A DNA stretch of 64,000 nt, from contig CM052816.1 in NCBI GenBank assembly GCA_028534125.1, positions 98,210,001-98,274,000 on the forward strand, given 5' to 3'. The translations under genes and the position numbers were made by a program. The notes below the pieces were generated by a model that was not told the DNA's origin, did no database searches, and worked only from the letters and a program-made list of their open reading frames with translations. Positions 12,541 through 25,199 of the stretch are shown here, one piece after another; position 1 is the stretch's first letter; each line of letters begins with the position of its first letter. Source of the DNA: Lama glama (Eukaryota).

Positions 12541-13289
12541 TATCTATGCACGCACCTGATGGCGAGCGTAGACAGATTCTTTTCGGCTGCAACCTGGAAA
12601 CATTTTCTGCTACAGCAAGGTTACAAGAAGACCTAGAAAGGATTTCCCCCAGTGTTAATTCTCTGCGTATTAATCCAAATTCTGTGCCCAGCAAAGAAAC
12701 ATGAGATGTAAGCTGTGGATTCAGGAAGTTTTTGTATATGAAGGGAACACCTGGCCAACGATACAAATCAACGAAGAAATAAACTATTTTTGGCCTAAAC
12801 TACTGAAATTTTAGAAGTGGGATTTAAGATTATTCACAGAAGGACAGTTTCATGGGAGAAAGCCCAGAGCTGGGACTCTGAGGGCAGGAAGATACGGCCC
12901 TTAGAAAGAGAAGTCCTCCCTGAGCTAGACATGGAAGGGGACTGAGGGCTGCAGGTGGGCTCCAGATGGGCTGCAGGAGGACCATGGGTGGGCTGCAGGG
13001 AGAGCCCATGGCCTGACTGTAGCAGAGAGGAGATATTTAATCAGGTAAGAGGCCCCAAAGTTCAGTTCACGGACACCAACAGCTGACTTCCCAGCTGAGG
13101 TTTGTCTTGCCTTGGTAAGCAGGTGCTGAGAGGGCCCCGGCATCATCTGTTAGTCATAGCAGATGGAGATGGAGAGGCACTGGAGGAGTTTTCATGGCAG
13201 TCAAGGTAGGAGAAGTCTGCAGGGAGATGGGACCAGAGCAGGTGAGCCATCATTTCCCTGGCTTTAGCACTATTAGGAAAAAGAGAACC

Positions 13290-13520
13290 AGCGTGGGCAG
13301 ATCACACCTGAGTACAAATCTACATTCCTTTTAATCTTGTTAATCATGGTTTTTGCTCTTTATCTATGGTTTTCTAAATACTTTTAATTGCTTCCTCATC
13401 AGTACATTGGAGATACTAATCGGCCCTAACTTATTAAGACTCTGTAAGGATTAAACATATAAATCATGCTGAGGTCAGTGTACCTGGCACCAGTAACCAT
13501 TTAACGACGGTGATGATGGT
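13290..13520 (+). mobile_element. MIR SINE
   Basis: TTCCTCATCAGTACATTGGAGATACTAAT...TGTAAGGATTAAA...CCTGGCAC matches the MIR core and 3' end. Confidence 0.7.
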
Positions 13521-15109
13521 ATTTGTAATAATATATAACCTATTTTTACATCAATGGGAAAATTTTCAAAATGAGATTTATTTTGATTCAATGGACTGTG
13601 TTAAAATTGACAGCACATTTTGGGGCATGGAGAAAATACTAAATGAAGTACTTAATGTAACATTCAGGACGTGGTCCCATAATGGAAATTCAGCCTTAGA
13701 TGCTGAAAGTGGCTGTTTCAGTGACTCCCAGACAAAACTCCTGGAACCAACTGGCAGCTGCCCTTTGTGTTTTCATCTTGCATCTGCTCACTTGGGGGAG
13801 AAAAAGGACTCCTCATTTCAGAGTCGGGGGAAGTATGGTCTGTTGCATCTCAGTGGGCATAAAAATGACCATGAGCCATTTGGGTGATCTGTTCTGGGGC
13901 TGAAAATGGAAGAGATGCACATTTCTTAGTTACTTTTTTTTGATAACAAATGTTTCTATCGTAATGTTTGAAATTTGACATCTATTTTTCCAAACCTCTG
14001 GGTGATGCCTTACCTCAATCCATTGTAGCTCAGAGATGCCCCAAAGAGTTTTCTGTAACAATGGTGAATCTGCCAGCTGCCCAGGCAATCTGCTCAGTTC
14101 AGGGGCGCCCACAGCCTTGCCGTCCCCCATCGCAGCACACTTTGCGCAGGTGTGGGCTGTGTGACTATCTTCCTGGGTAGGGAAACTTCCTGCACTTATC
14201 TCTATGATGTTACATTGTGACGAAGGGCAAGTTTCTAGGACGTTCACTGGAGTGCTCTCCGTGTAATCAAACCTTAGTACGTGAGCCTCTGATTAGGATT
14301 TGGGGCCACAGCACAGTCTATCTGGGCAGGCCAGCAGGTTCCTGCTTTGGCCCACCCTCCCCAGGCTGAGACCCTCATGGGCAGCCCCAGGTGCTGGACA
14401 TCAGCCACAGTAAGTGCCTTGTGCATCTGAGTTAAATGGGCACAGAGCTTAGACAGCCCATCATCTCACCAGTCTCGGAAACTCTGCTCTGGGAGAAGCA
14501 TGCAAAGTGACAAATAATTAAAACAAAGCAAAACCGAAATCCAGCTAACAGTGTGAGCTATCATTATTCAGTTTTTTATTTGTTTTTTTGAAAACAAAAT
14601 ATTAATTTTCAGTTTTTAAAGCTGTCCTGAACACAGCCGTACCCTAAATAAATTCCATCAAAATAAATTCCATCACCTCCATGGATCTTCTGGGATTGAA
14701 TCAGGTCAGCTCTAGGTCCTTTCCAGCTCCTCAGGCACTAATGCTTCCTGCTACTCTGAATCTGCAAAGGAGAGCAAAGGTTGGAGAACTGCCTCCACCC
14801 AGCAATGGATCTGAAAGAGCTGCTGGCAGGGGGAGCACAGAGTGATGACAGGAGAGGTTCATGGAAGGAAGAGTGGTGCCAGTGGGAGAGGAAGGGCAGC
14901 TGTGCAGGTGTGCTGTGTGCTGTGGGGGAAATGGGGGTTCCCAGAAAGAAACAGGGGAGGGAAGTAAGCCAGAAGGGTAGGGACAGGAATTGGAGAAATG
15001 GAGAGGGATGAGTGTGGAGAGAGGCTGACATGAGCAAGGAGCAGGAAAGAGGAAGCTTGGAGGAGCAGGTGAGAGAAAAATGATGCTCAGCATTCAGTTC
15101 CTGTGTGTG

Positions 15110-15250
15110 TGGTTTACATGGTTTTCTTTTACAGGTAAGGATTTGGGGGCCCAGTGGGGTGTGACTGCCTGTCCAAGGTCACATAGGTGATGGAGGCTGT
15201 GCCCTGCTGTTGAGTTCAGGTCTCCTGTCTCCAGATCCCATGCCCCTCTC
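15110..15250 (-). mobile_element. MIR fragment
   Basis: TTTTACAGGTAAGGA...GCCCAG...TGTCCAAGGTCACATAG...CAGGTCTCCTGTCTCCAGA. Confidence 0.7.
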
Positions 15251-15647
15251 CCTTGGAAACCCACTCCTGGCTCCTCTTGGGAAACCTGACTAACAAAATC
15301 CCTAAGATGCAACATTGTGCCACCACCCTTAGGGCTGGACTTATTCACTGCTCCAGGATCTGCTGTGTGACTCTCAGTGCCCAGAGGTTCCCTTTGGTCA
15401 CTGCCCAAAGGGGTGTCCATAAGACCCAGGTTGTGGCCTTTGGCCTGAAGAGATTGATTCCCAATAAACTTGCTAAGTTAACAACATGTATTAAAATGCT
15501 ATTGCCCAGTTATGCTGTTTCTATAGTTCATTAAAACAAGAAACACATTTTAATCAAGCTGTAAAGTGTTGGAATCCAACTTAGAACAAGACTGAAATTC
15601 AATCCTTTACCTATATTTTGGCATATTTCAAAATTTCCCACTATTTC

Positions 15648-16141
15648 TGTTACCCAACGAAACTTGGGTCCACTTGCCTGACACAAAGCAAAGCCAGTCT
15701 ACCGGGTTGTGGTGAAGGAAAGCACAGCATTTATTCCAAGGGTCCAAGCTTAGGGAACAGGAGAGGTATTTAAAGAGGGCTGAGGGGTGCACAATGAGCT
15801 CCTGCACAGTTCCCTGATTGGCTGGTGGTGAGATAACAGAGCGCTATTTCGGGAATCTCAATGATGAATTTCTGGCTCCAGCTGGCCTGGAGTCTGTGCT
15901 GGTGGTCAGCATGCAGTTAACTCACTCCACCTGGAGGGGATATTAGTATCTGCAACATAACTCAAGGATACAGATCAGGATATTACCTATAGCCCTTGAG
16001 GAGGAACTAAATGTCTTTGACTTGGTTTTATGGCTGAACTATTATAATATTGTCCTGCTTGACTGCTTTTCTTGTTTCTGCATTTTTCCTCTTCTCTGAT
16101 TAAATTTGCTCTTTGGAACTTGGGGAAGGCCTAGGAGGCTA

Positions 16142-16178
<37 letters not shown>

Positions 16179-16248
16179 CAAGAGGTGGGAGGCACAGGTG
16201 GGGTTGATCTGTCTCTGGAAAGACCCTGCACTGTCCTGCTTGCTTTCA
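15648..16248 (-). mobile_element. ERV1-class solo LTR (MER41-like, laurasiatherian/artiodactyl)
   Basis: TG...CA termini with a 4-bp TSD TTTC on both sides (15644-15647 and 16249-16252). Minus-strand AATAAA (TTTATT at ~15730). Similar to the LTR at 20745. Confidence 0.85.
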
Positions 16249-16269
16249 TTTCCTCTGTGTGGTTCATTC

Positions 16270-16605
16270 TGGACTTCCTTCCATTCCCAGCAGAAAAAAA
16301 CCTTCTAGGCCCTGTGAGTCTCTAAGAATCAAAATTCTAGGCATATCCACCCAATCAGCCCGGCAGCCCTGCTGTTCATCACTCAGGGATGCTCCCTTGG
16401 GGACTTCTGCCTGGAGTGGTCTTTTCAGACATGTTCATGTGGTTCACCCCCTCACCCCTTAGGGTTTGCCCAAACTCAGCTTTTAAAGATGACTTTCTCT
16501 GACCACCGATTTAAAAATGTCACCTTCACCAACATTCCTTGCCTGCCTGTCAGGATTTATTTTTCTCCATAGTCTTAATATCATCAGATATGACAAATGT
16601 TTTCC
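16270..16605 (+). mobile_element. L2 fragment
   Basis: TCTGCCTGGAGTGGTCTTTTCAGACATGTTCATGTGG...CTTTCTCTGACCACC...TTTATTTTTCTCCATAG is typical of the L2a 3' region. Confidence 0.65.
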
Positions 16606-16614
16606 ATATTTAAA

Positions 16615-17157
16615 ATAATCTATTATAATTCACATAATAAAATTAATCATTTAAAAATGAAAAACTCACCGGCACTTAGTGTGTTCATGATGTTTTGCAA
16701 CTATCACCTCTATCTAGTTCCAAAGCATTCCCACCAGTCCAAAGTAAGACCCTTTCTCTATTAAGGAGGTGCCCCCCGCTTCCTCCTCCCCGCCCTGCCC
16801 CTGGCACCATCCAGTCTGCATTTTATCTCTGTGAATTTACCTATTCTGGATATTTCATAAATGGAAACACAGTAAGAATATGGCTTTTGGTTCTAACTTC
16901 TTTCAGTTAACATGATGATTCTGAGGTCTGTCTACGTTGCACAATGTATTAGCACTTAATTCTTTTTTAAGGCTGAATAATACTCCATTGTGTGGATAGG
17001 CCACAATTTGTTTATTCATTCATCCACTGCTGGGCATACGGGTTGTTTCTACCTTTTGGCTACTGCGGATAGTGCTGTTACAAACATGTGTGTCCATGTG
17101 CTTGCTGGGGTTTTCAGGTCTTTGGGGTATGTACCTAGGAGTGGAACTGTGGGGTGT
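16615..17157 (-). mobile_element. L1 3' end (L1MB-like)
   Basis: GCAACTATCACCTCTATCTAGTTCCA, GGCTGAATAATACTCCATTGTG and GTACCTAGGAGTGGAA match an antisense L1 3'UTR and ORF2 end. Confidence 0.9.
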
Positions 17158-18157
17158 CTGTCCATCAGCACTCCACTTCTCCCAGAATACTCTTGTTCCT
17201 TTAGCACCAAGCAAGCAAATATTGCTCTTGTTTTGCCAAGGCACTGGTAATTGAAGGCCCTGGCCGCTGAATGGTGACTCATCCTTTTGTTCTAATCGCT
17301 TTCTCATTTATGTTGCATTTCACTTTAATGGGAACCTGGCTCGACTTACGAAGATGGCAGGGATCAATACACTTAGTCATCTATTGAAATCTCTCCTGGG
17401 ACCATTTAGAGAAGCTCTTTGACATATAAACTCAAGCCTATTACCAACATAGTTTCTTTTAAAATAAGTGCCTCTTTTCTGAGGAGAGGAGAGAACATGC
17501 AACTAATGTTAAGACATAGAGAATTGCAAGATTAAAAGAAAGACACAAGCCGAAGTTGCAATTCAATTCAGTTCTTTCTGTCCAACTCTACAGTGGTGAA
17601 ACTAGGTGTTTGGAGGCAAACTTCCCTTGTTCAGCTCTCAGTGGGAGCAGAATTTTCGGAAAGAGTGCCTATTTGGAATTTTAAAGAAAGGCTTACCAGT
17701 TACTAGGTGTTTTTGGTAACTAACACTGGGAAGTTACTTTGGCTTTAACAGCTCATGTGGACTGTGTAGTAAGTACCAATACCTACCATGCAGAGCCAGA
17801 GGTTAAAAGTTGTGGAGCACCACCTCAACTTCACGGGGAAGATACCCGAGGGGCTTCTGCCCAGGTAAAGCCTACGCCCCACCCCGAGATAATCTGGTTT
17901 AATTCATCTAGGGATACAACTAAGCCATTTGTATTTTTTAAAGTCTCTTTTTATGCAGCTAACATTGAGCACCACTGTCCTAGGATATCGAAGAAAAAGA
18001 AAAAAGGGAAAAAACAGATGGCTTATTTGATGGTAAATTTGCAGTGTGAAGGTCAAGTTTTATAGAAACATATTCGGCATCCCTTAGAAACACTATTCAA
18101 GGGCCTTTGTTGTGAATGCATATTTCTTTTTATTCGTGCAGATTGGAGCATCTGGAA

Positions 18158-18292
18158 CCTTGCTACTCCATCTGTGGTCCACTGCCCAGCAGTACAACCA
18201 TCACCTGGGAGCTTATCAGAAATGCAGAATCTGACCAAACAGGTAAACTCAGTGGTAATGTGGTCACTCACAGACAGCATGGAGAGTCTCAT
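18158..18292. mobile_element. MER5A-like hAT MITE, internally deleted
   Basis: TGTGGTCC...CAGCAG...CATCACCTGGGAGCTTATCAGAAATGCAGAATCT. Confidence 0.8.
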
Positions 18293-19544
18293 CTACAATA
18301 CTGTTTGGGGCACAAGTTGGTGGGACTTGTCTAGGAGAATGTTGAGGGGATTCTGTCCTTGGACTTTGTTTTCAAGGTCATTCCAAGAACGTTGCCCACT
18401 ACAGCAAACAAATAGAAAGTGTGGCTAGTGGTTTCAAAATACAGATGCAAGACTTTGGTAAACCAAAACCAAGCGCTCACTGTGTGAGACCAGGCAGAAA
18501 CCCAGGACTCGGAGGGAGTTCAGCCCGACTCTCACATCACAGACTGGGTCACATTCTGTCCTGCCTGTATCCTCAATTCCCTGCAAGTGTAGCTTGAGAA
18601 AATTGACAATGTTAAAGAAACATGTTCCTAAATCTTCACCTTCAGAAATATGACTTGATAGCATCCCAAGCTGGGCTGCATTTTACAGAATAATTTATTT
18701 CCTTGCTTTATTCATTGCCTAATAAATGTGGAGAAGGACTTCAGGGTGACCCTAGTAAATACTGAAGGACTTGGCAAGTGGTAGAAATTAAGTAAATTTG
18801 AAAACCTTGCATTTCACCTTTTCCTTGTGTAGAATGATGCCAATGAGCCAGTGACTCTTAGCACACCCAGGGAGCCTTCTTCTGCCGTGTGGGGGTTTGA
18901 GGCAGGTGCCAGAATTTCATACAGACCTACGTGGAGCTTAGCTATCTTACGTGCTAGATTCTAAGTCAATTATCTTTGCAAAAAGGGAAGACAGAGAGGA
19001 CTCATTAGCTTGATATGTGTGTCTTGGACACAAATTTGATAAATAATTGGCAAAAGTAATCTCAATAGAAATTGATGCTCCAAGTAATTAACCACAGCTC
19101 CTCAAAAAGACCCACTCCCACTTCAGCACACAGGATTTAGAAGCTCTATAAAGATGATTTATTGACATATATAGTTGTAAGATATTAGCATGAATCATTC
19201 ATTATCATTAATCAAATTTTTCTGCAAGTCTTTAAAGGGAAAATAAGTTTTAATTTGTCTGAAACATTGTACTGGGATTCTTCCCCAAGGCACCAAGGTA
19301 GTGGCGATTTATGGTCAAGCATACTTGCACCCTGTAGATTCTGGAATTTTACTTATGAAACTGAACGGCAGGAAGGCTATGTGCACACAAGCAGGACACA
19401 TAAAGGACAGGCAAGTGGGACGTCTCAGTAGCCACGTGGCTTTCGTTGGGAGGGTATGGTGTGGCGTAGACTCACGAAGGACAACACCAAGTCACTATAC
19501 TATTCCTAACAGTGGTTATTGCAGACCTCTTCCTTTCTGTGCAG

Positions 19545-19645
19545 GGGAAGAAGGAAGAAAAGAAGGAAGGAAGCAGATGGGAAGGGGAGCAAATGAATGT
19601 AGGAAGAAGGAAAGAAGGAAAGAAATGAAGATGGGTGGAGAGATG
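19545..19645. repeat. GA-rich, (GGAA)n-like low-complexity tract
   Basis: GAAGAAGGAAGAAAAGAAGGAAGGAAG... Confidence 0.8.
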
Positions 19646-19799
19646 GAAACCAATATTTGCTTTTACTCTCTAGCAAACGTGTTAGTGCTTGTTGTCTCTC
19701 AGCTCTCATGGGATATGTATTTTTGTTATTTGAGTTACTTTCCCCATTAACCAGATGAGCAAATAGATTCATACTCAAGATTACATGGCGGATGGTAGT

Positions 19800-21760
19800 A
19801 GCATCAGTAATTGAAGGTAGGTGTGTCTGACCTCGGAGTCTATTTCCTCTCCCATGCACCATGTGGCCAGCTTCACTCTGCTACTCGATGCCATATCCCA
19901 GGATGCCTCTTCTCTCTGTTTCATGAAAAGGGGAGAACAATTCCATGTGACCTTCAGCAGCACCCAGGTCAGCATCTCCATCTGACTCTCTCCTCCCTTT
20001 TCTCTCTCCTCGCTGTCAAGGCAATCGTTCTGGTGTGCCTCCATTCTCTTCCCTCCAACCCTCTCCGATATTTCTCAGTCCTCCAGCTCCCTCCCTTCTC
20101 TCTCTTTACCTCTGGTCAGTACTTTATCTTCATCTACTGCTCCTGTCTCCCTTTTCTTAAGTAGGTTTTCCCTTGAAATGTCTTTTTCCCACAAATGTCC
20201 AGGAATTCCTGTCCTTGATTTATTGTTAAATTTATAAAAGTATTAGTTAGACCCTAGACTCCAAGATTTACTTCCTCACACTCACCCCCTGTTGCTCCCA
20301 CACCATGCTCACCAGCCTGATGGAATTCCTCTCCAGGAGTCACTGAAGGACATTCTTTTGATCCTTGTCCACATTGTTCTTTCTCCTCCCCTTTTGACGT
20401 GGTTGACCGCCTTCTCCTTGGACTGTCCCTCTTGGCTCAGGTAACCATGGTCTTCATGTCTTTCCTCATCCTTCTTTGGCCAAGCTTGCCTTCCCCCTCT
20501 TAGAGACGTGTATTCCCAAAGCCCTTCCTATCTTGGAAGCCCATTCACCTTTCTTTCTACCTTCTTCTAGTGATCACATATAATCTTGTGTTTTTCACAA
20601 TCATCTCTAGACAGATAATAAAATGGAATCCCCCTAAAACTGAGTTCCCCTCCTGAGTTTATGATTAACCTGTCTATCCAAAAGTTTATTTCCTTTCTTA
20701 TCTGTTCCCCTCAAGATTGAGGAGTATCAAAGAAAGGGGAGGATTGAAGCTGAGCACGACCCCGTGGGGTCCTCCTGGGTACAAAAGCCACTCTGTGTTC
20801 ACCATTTCTTTTTGTAGAAAAAGGCTTTAATCTCTTAGGCCTTCCCTGAGTCCCAGAGAGCAGACTCAAGCAGTTACTAATTAGGGAAGTGAGGGAATGC
20901 AGAGACAAAGGGAAAGCAATCAAGCAAGAAAAATAATGACAGCTTAACACCAGTTCAGTGATAAATCAGAGTCCTAGTTTCTACTCAGGGGCTGTACATA
21001 GCAATCTAATGCATATCTTCTAGTTGTTCTGCAGAAACTAAGACCCCCCACACCCACAGCCTCCCTGATGACAACATGCTGACCACAAGTAAACCTCAGA
21101 CTGGTTGAAGCTGGAAGGTTGATGATTAAGAGTCCCAAAATGTTACCCTGTTACCAGGAAGCTACAACCTTCACCACAAATGTTGCCTTTTAAACCTCCC
21201 CCCACCGAAAGCCATCAGGGACTTCTGGTCTTTTGGGCATGAGCTGCCTGTTCTCCTTGCTTGACACCCTGCAAATAAATGCTGTATTTTCCTTTACCAT
21301 GATCTGGTGTCAGTAGATTGGCCTTTCTGTGAATGGACCTAAGTTAGGTTTGATAACAATAATAGTTGAATCTGTGGTTGTTCATAGTTGAATTCCTCAT
21401 GGTTTTCCTCCAGAAGCCAGTCGGGAACGTCAGAAGGCCTGGTAAATTGCCTCTGAGTCAGTACAGCTGAATCTAAAATAATCTCCTGAAATATGCTCCT
21501 CTTCCCATTCTCAGTCCTCCAGGCTGAGCGTCTCATTGCCTGGATCACTCTCTCCCCTTGTCCTTCAAATCTGATCTTGGTATGTTCCTTTCTGGCTCAG
21601 ATGAGATGTTTTTAGTTCAGACTTTCATTGCTCTCTGTCTGAAGTTTTGTCGTCACCTCCTGTCTGGCCAGGGTGCCCGCAGTTTCCGTTCTGCTGATGC
21701 TTTAGGTCAGTCATTTCTCCCATTTAAATGAGAACCATCAATGACCGTGTGTGATCTGCT
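19800..21760 (+). mobile_element. Degenerate L2 LINE, interrupted by the LTR at 20745
   Basis: Pyrimidine-rich L2-like blocks (CTCTCCAGGAGTCACT, TTTTGACGTGGTTGACCGCCTTCTCCTTGGA) that resume after 21360 (CTAAAATAATCTCCTGAA, CTTTCATTGCTCTCTGTCTGAA). Confidence 0.55.
20745..21358 (+). mobile_element. MER41-like ERV1 LTR preceded by a polypurine tract (probable 3' LTR of a truncated provirus)
   Basis: TGAAGCTGAGCACGACCC...GATAACA termini, AATAAA at ~21274, and AAAGAAAGGGGAGGAT immediately upstream. No matching TSD. Confidence 0.8.
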
Positions 21761-21799
21761 GAAACATATCACATATCTGTACGTTACTCAAATTGGCTT

Positions 21800-21995
21800 C
21801 TCAGAGTGTTATTCTAAGTAATGCAACAGTCAGACCACAAAATGGTTGTTTCATGAGAAAAGACACTTGAGAAACGCTGGGTGAAGCAAAGGTCAATAAG
21901 CAATTCCTTTAGTCCAGATTTCTCGGAGTATTTACTGTATTGATGCACACTATGAATTTCCAGGACTTAAAGATTTCCCAAATTATATGGTTATA
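21800..21995. mobile_element. MER112-like hAT-Charlie element
   Basis: GAAACGCTGGGTGAAGCAAAG...CCTTTAGTCCAGATTTCTCGGAG...TGAATTTCCAGG resembles the recalled MER112 consensus. Confidence 0.55.
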
Positions 21996-22265
21996 TGCTT
22001 CTAGTGTGTCTTAGTGGATACATGCATTTATATGCCCAGAATGCATATTCCTCTGACCCAAACATTTTCTTATTTCCAGTTTTTTCTCAAGTTATTTCTT
22101 TTCACCCTTACTTTTTGTACCCAATTCCCTAGACATTAAAAACTCTATTTATATGTTCCTTTTTCCATGCAGTCTTTATTATTTATGAAAAACTTGTAGG
22201 TTGTAAATAATAGAAAACACAATTTTCCCCCCAAATTGGAAAAATATAAATTTATTGGTTTAAAT

Positions 22266-22591
22266 CAAGGATCAGCAAACTGTGGTCCTCAGGATGAATC
22301 TGGCTCATGGTTGTTTTGTGAGCTCAGAAACTAAGGCTGGGTTTTACATTTTTAGGAGGTTGAAAAAAATCAAAAGGAGAATATTTTGTGACTCGTGAAA
22401 ATTATTTGAAATTCCAATTATGGTGTTCATCAATAAAGTTTTATTGAGACCCAGAAAAGTGCATCCCTTTATATATTTTCTATGCCTGCTTTTCCAGCAC
22501 AGCAGAAGAACTGAGTAGCTGTGACGGATACCATGTGACACACAAAGTACTTATTCCCTAGAGCTTTGTAGAAAAGGCTTTCCTGGCCCTG
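22266..22591. mobile_element. MER58B (hAT) full-length MITE
   Basis: CAAGGATCAGCAAACT...GGCCCTG termini, internal AATAAAGTTTTATTG, and an 8-bp TSD GTTTAAAT/GCTTAAAT. Confidence 0.85.
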
Positions 22592-22599
22592 GCTTAAAT

Positions 22600-22945
22600 A
22601 GCTGAGCAGGTGAGCAGCCCAGGAGACAAGTGGCGCCATTCACAACCTCAGCCAGGGCTCCATGGACGGCCTAGGACTCAGTTTCTTTCTTTGTTTCTAT
22701 TATCACTTTCTCAGTAAAGGTCCGCATTCCTGAGATAACTGCAACAGATTTGAAAATACCTGTCCTTCATTTCAAATGTGCATAAAATAAATGGGCTTGT
22801 CTCAGTATTCCCAGAAGTCTTCTGAGATTTTCTCAAACTAGCCAGCCTTGGAGAGAGAACTTCCACTGTCCCCAAGCACACCCGCACCTGAGCCACTCCT
22901 GTGTCCGCAGGGAAGGGCAGCACGGCTTGGCCTGGACATGTCCTT
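22600..22945 (-). mobile_element. Old MLT1J/K-like LTR remnant; its other part lies at ~22195-22260, split by MER58B
   Basis: GGTTGTAAATAATAGAAAAC before MER58B, and CCTGAGCCACTCCTGTGTCC..AGGG..GCTTGGCCTGG after it. Confidence 0.4.
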
Positions 22946-23510
22946 TATGATTGGATTACTGTATTCTGTTGATTCTTATTTTGTAGTTGGCTTTATTCCT
23001 TTGATAACTGTGTAAATTTAAAAATCTAGATCTCTAATATGTTCTTAGAAGCAATGATCAGTACACATATGTAAACTAAAAAACAGTACAGTATACTGTG
23101 TATATCTATTTACATGCAGTGTAATGTGTATGTGCAGTCGAACTGTAATAATTCTACCAAATAAAACTGAAAAAGGAAGAAAAAGAAGAGAAAGTCTGAT
23201 AACCCTTTTTCCTTCCTCTGAAATACCCCTTATCTCCCTATCAGAGTTCAGATATCTCTATTGGAGTTCTAGAGTATTCCTTATGGTTTTCTCCTTTTAG
23301 TTTCCGAGTTCTACATTAAGGCAGTCAGTTCTTCACATGTCAAACCCCAAATTCTCACTTATCAAGAAGGAAATACATTAATTCTTGGGGGACAGGATAG
23401 GAAATACCAATTTTGAAATATGAAAAATATTAGCAAAAGTTGATATTTAGGACTATGGAAGTAGAAATACTAAATTAAAAAGATACTTCTAAAGAAATTC
23501 AGTATTATTA

Positions 23511-24061
23511 GTTTTTTATTGAAGTATAGTCAGTTTACAATGCATCAATCATTTCTGGTGCACAGCATAACACTTCAGTCATACATATACATACATGTAT
23601 TTGTTTTCATATTCTTTCTCATTATAGGTTACACAAGATGTTGAATATAGTTCCCTGTGCTATACAGTATAAACTTATTATTTATCTATTTTAGGTATGC
23701 AAGTTAATATTTGCAAATCTTGAACTCCCAATTTATCCCTTCCCACCCCCTTTCCCCCTGGTAACCATGATTGTTTTTTTATGTCTGTGAGTCTGTTTCT
23801 GTTTTGTAGACAAGCTCATTTGTGACTTTTTTTTTTAGATGCCACATATGAGTGATATCATATGGTATTTTTATTTCTATTTCTGGCTTACTTCACTTAG
23901 AATGATGATCTCCAGGTCCATCCATGTTGCTGCAAATGGAATTATTTCATTCTTTTTTATGGCTAAGTAGTATTCCATTGTATAAATATACCACAGCTTC
24001 TTTACCCAATCATCTGTCCATGGACATTTAGGTTGGTTATTATATACAGTGCTGCTATGAA
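23511..24061 (-). mobile_element. Lineage-specific L1 3' end (5'-truncated)
   Basis: TTTATTGAAGTATAGTCAGTTTACAATG...TTCCCTGTGCTATACAG...CCATCCATGTTGCTGCAAATGG. Confidence 0.92.
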
Positions 24062-25199
24062 AATTTTTACCTTACATCAAATTACTTAGGTAAAGGTCAA
24101 GGAGTACCCAAATCCTGATCATCATGGTGTCTATAATTTACTTTATTTCATCACAGACTGTGTAGTATTGTCTCCTTCACAATTCTGATTTATTCCCTTG
24201 CACCCTGGACAGGTGACATTCTCTCTTCCAATCAGGAGGCTCATGTCCCTGGGATGTAGGAGAGCTGAGCCACCAGTCCAGGAATTAGCACATTGCAAGG
24301 TTCCTGATCTCATCTCTCTTAGCAATTCTAGCATTTCCTTTCATTCAAATTAAATGTTTGGAAAAGTGTAGCAGCAAGTACTACAAAATAACATTATTTG
24401 GATTTCAGCAACTTCTTTTGTTATCAGTAATACAATAAAACACCCAGAGAAAATAACGAAAGTATTGCTGCTTATAAAATGTTGGTTTTTCTCTTTCTCC
24501 CTTGAGAAAAATATTTTATTTTAATTTCCCCAAAGCAGTTCCTGTTTTATTCAAAGACAACTGGAAATTGCATCTATATACTCATTTCCACAAAACATGA
24601 ACAAGTAGAAGCATCCTCACAAATCACATTTTACTAAAGACCAGTGGTTACACCAGGAATGACACAAATTCTCTCTCTCTCAGAGATAAGTAGTCTAAAA
24701 TACTGTTTTGAGTTTTGATCCTAAAATGAAATAAATTTGATAGTATTTGATCTCATAACATCTTTGTGGGATTATAGTTTATAAAGTCACAGAAACTCTT
24801 GCAAACGCAGCATCTGGAATGAGAATATTTGCAGTGCAAATTTTTGTATGCTTTGCATTTGTGACTGTGGATTTGTTAAACACAGAGTTCTCCGTGCTAT
24901 TCGCACGTGCACATCGAAGGAAGGAGGGTTGCTGTGATCTCGTGTTTGAAGCCCCCACCCTCATTGTGCATAGCTTGTTGGCAAAGCACCCAGACTTGAT
25001 TCTGTGAGACAAACATTTCCAGGTAAGTTTCAGAATAATTTCCAGAACACTTTCAGGTAAGTTTCCCCTCTTATTCCTGAACCTGCAGCATCTTCCCTCA
25101 GTGCCTTCATTTGGTCTTGTCTATAGCAGATGCTCTATAAAGAAGTGTGTCTCATGCACATTCAAGATGTAAATTCTGAGGGTCTGAAGCCTTGCCTAC

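Noticed and set aside
14646..14675. 15-bp perfect tandem duplication AAATAAATTCCATCA
   Set aside because: An ordinary slippage duplication.
15121..15140. TTTTCTTTTACAG|GTAAGG recursive-splice-like motif
   Set aside because: Derived from the antisense MIR core (TTTTACAGATGAGG), a frequent chance source of this motif.
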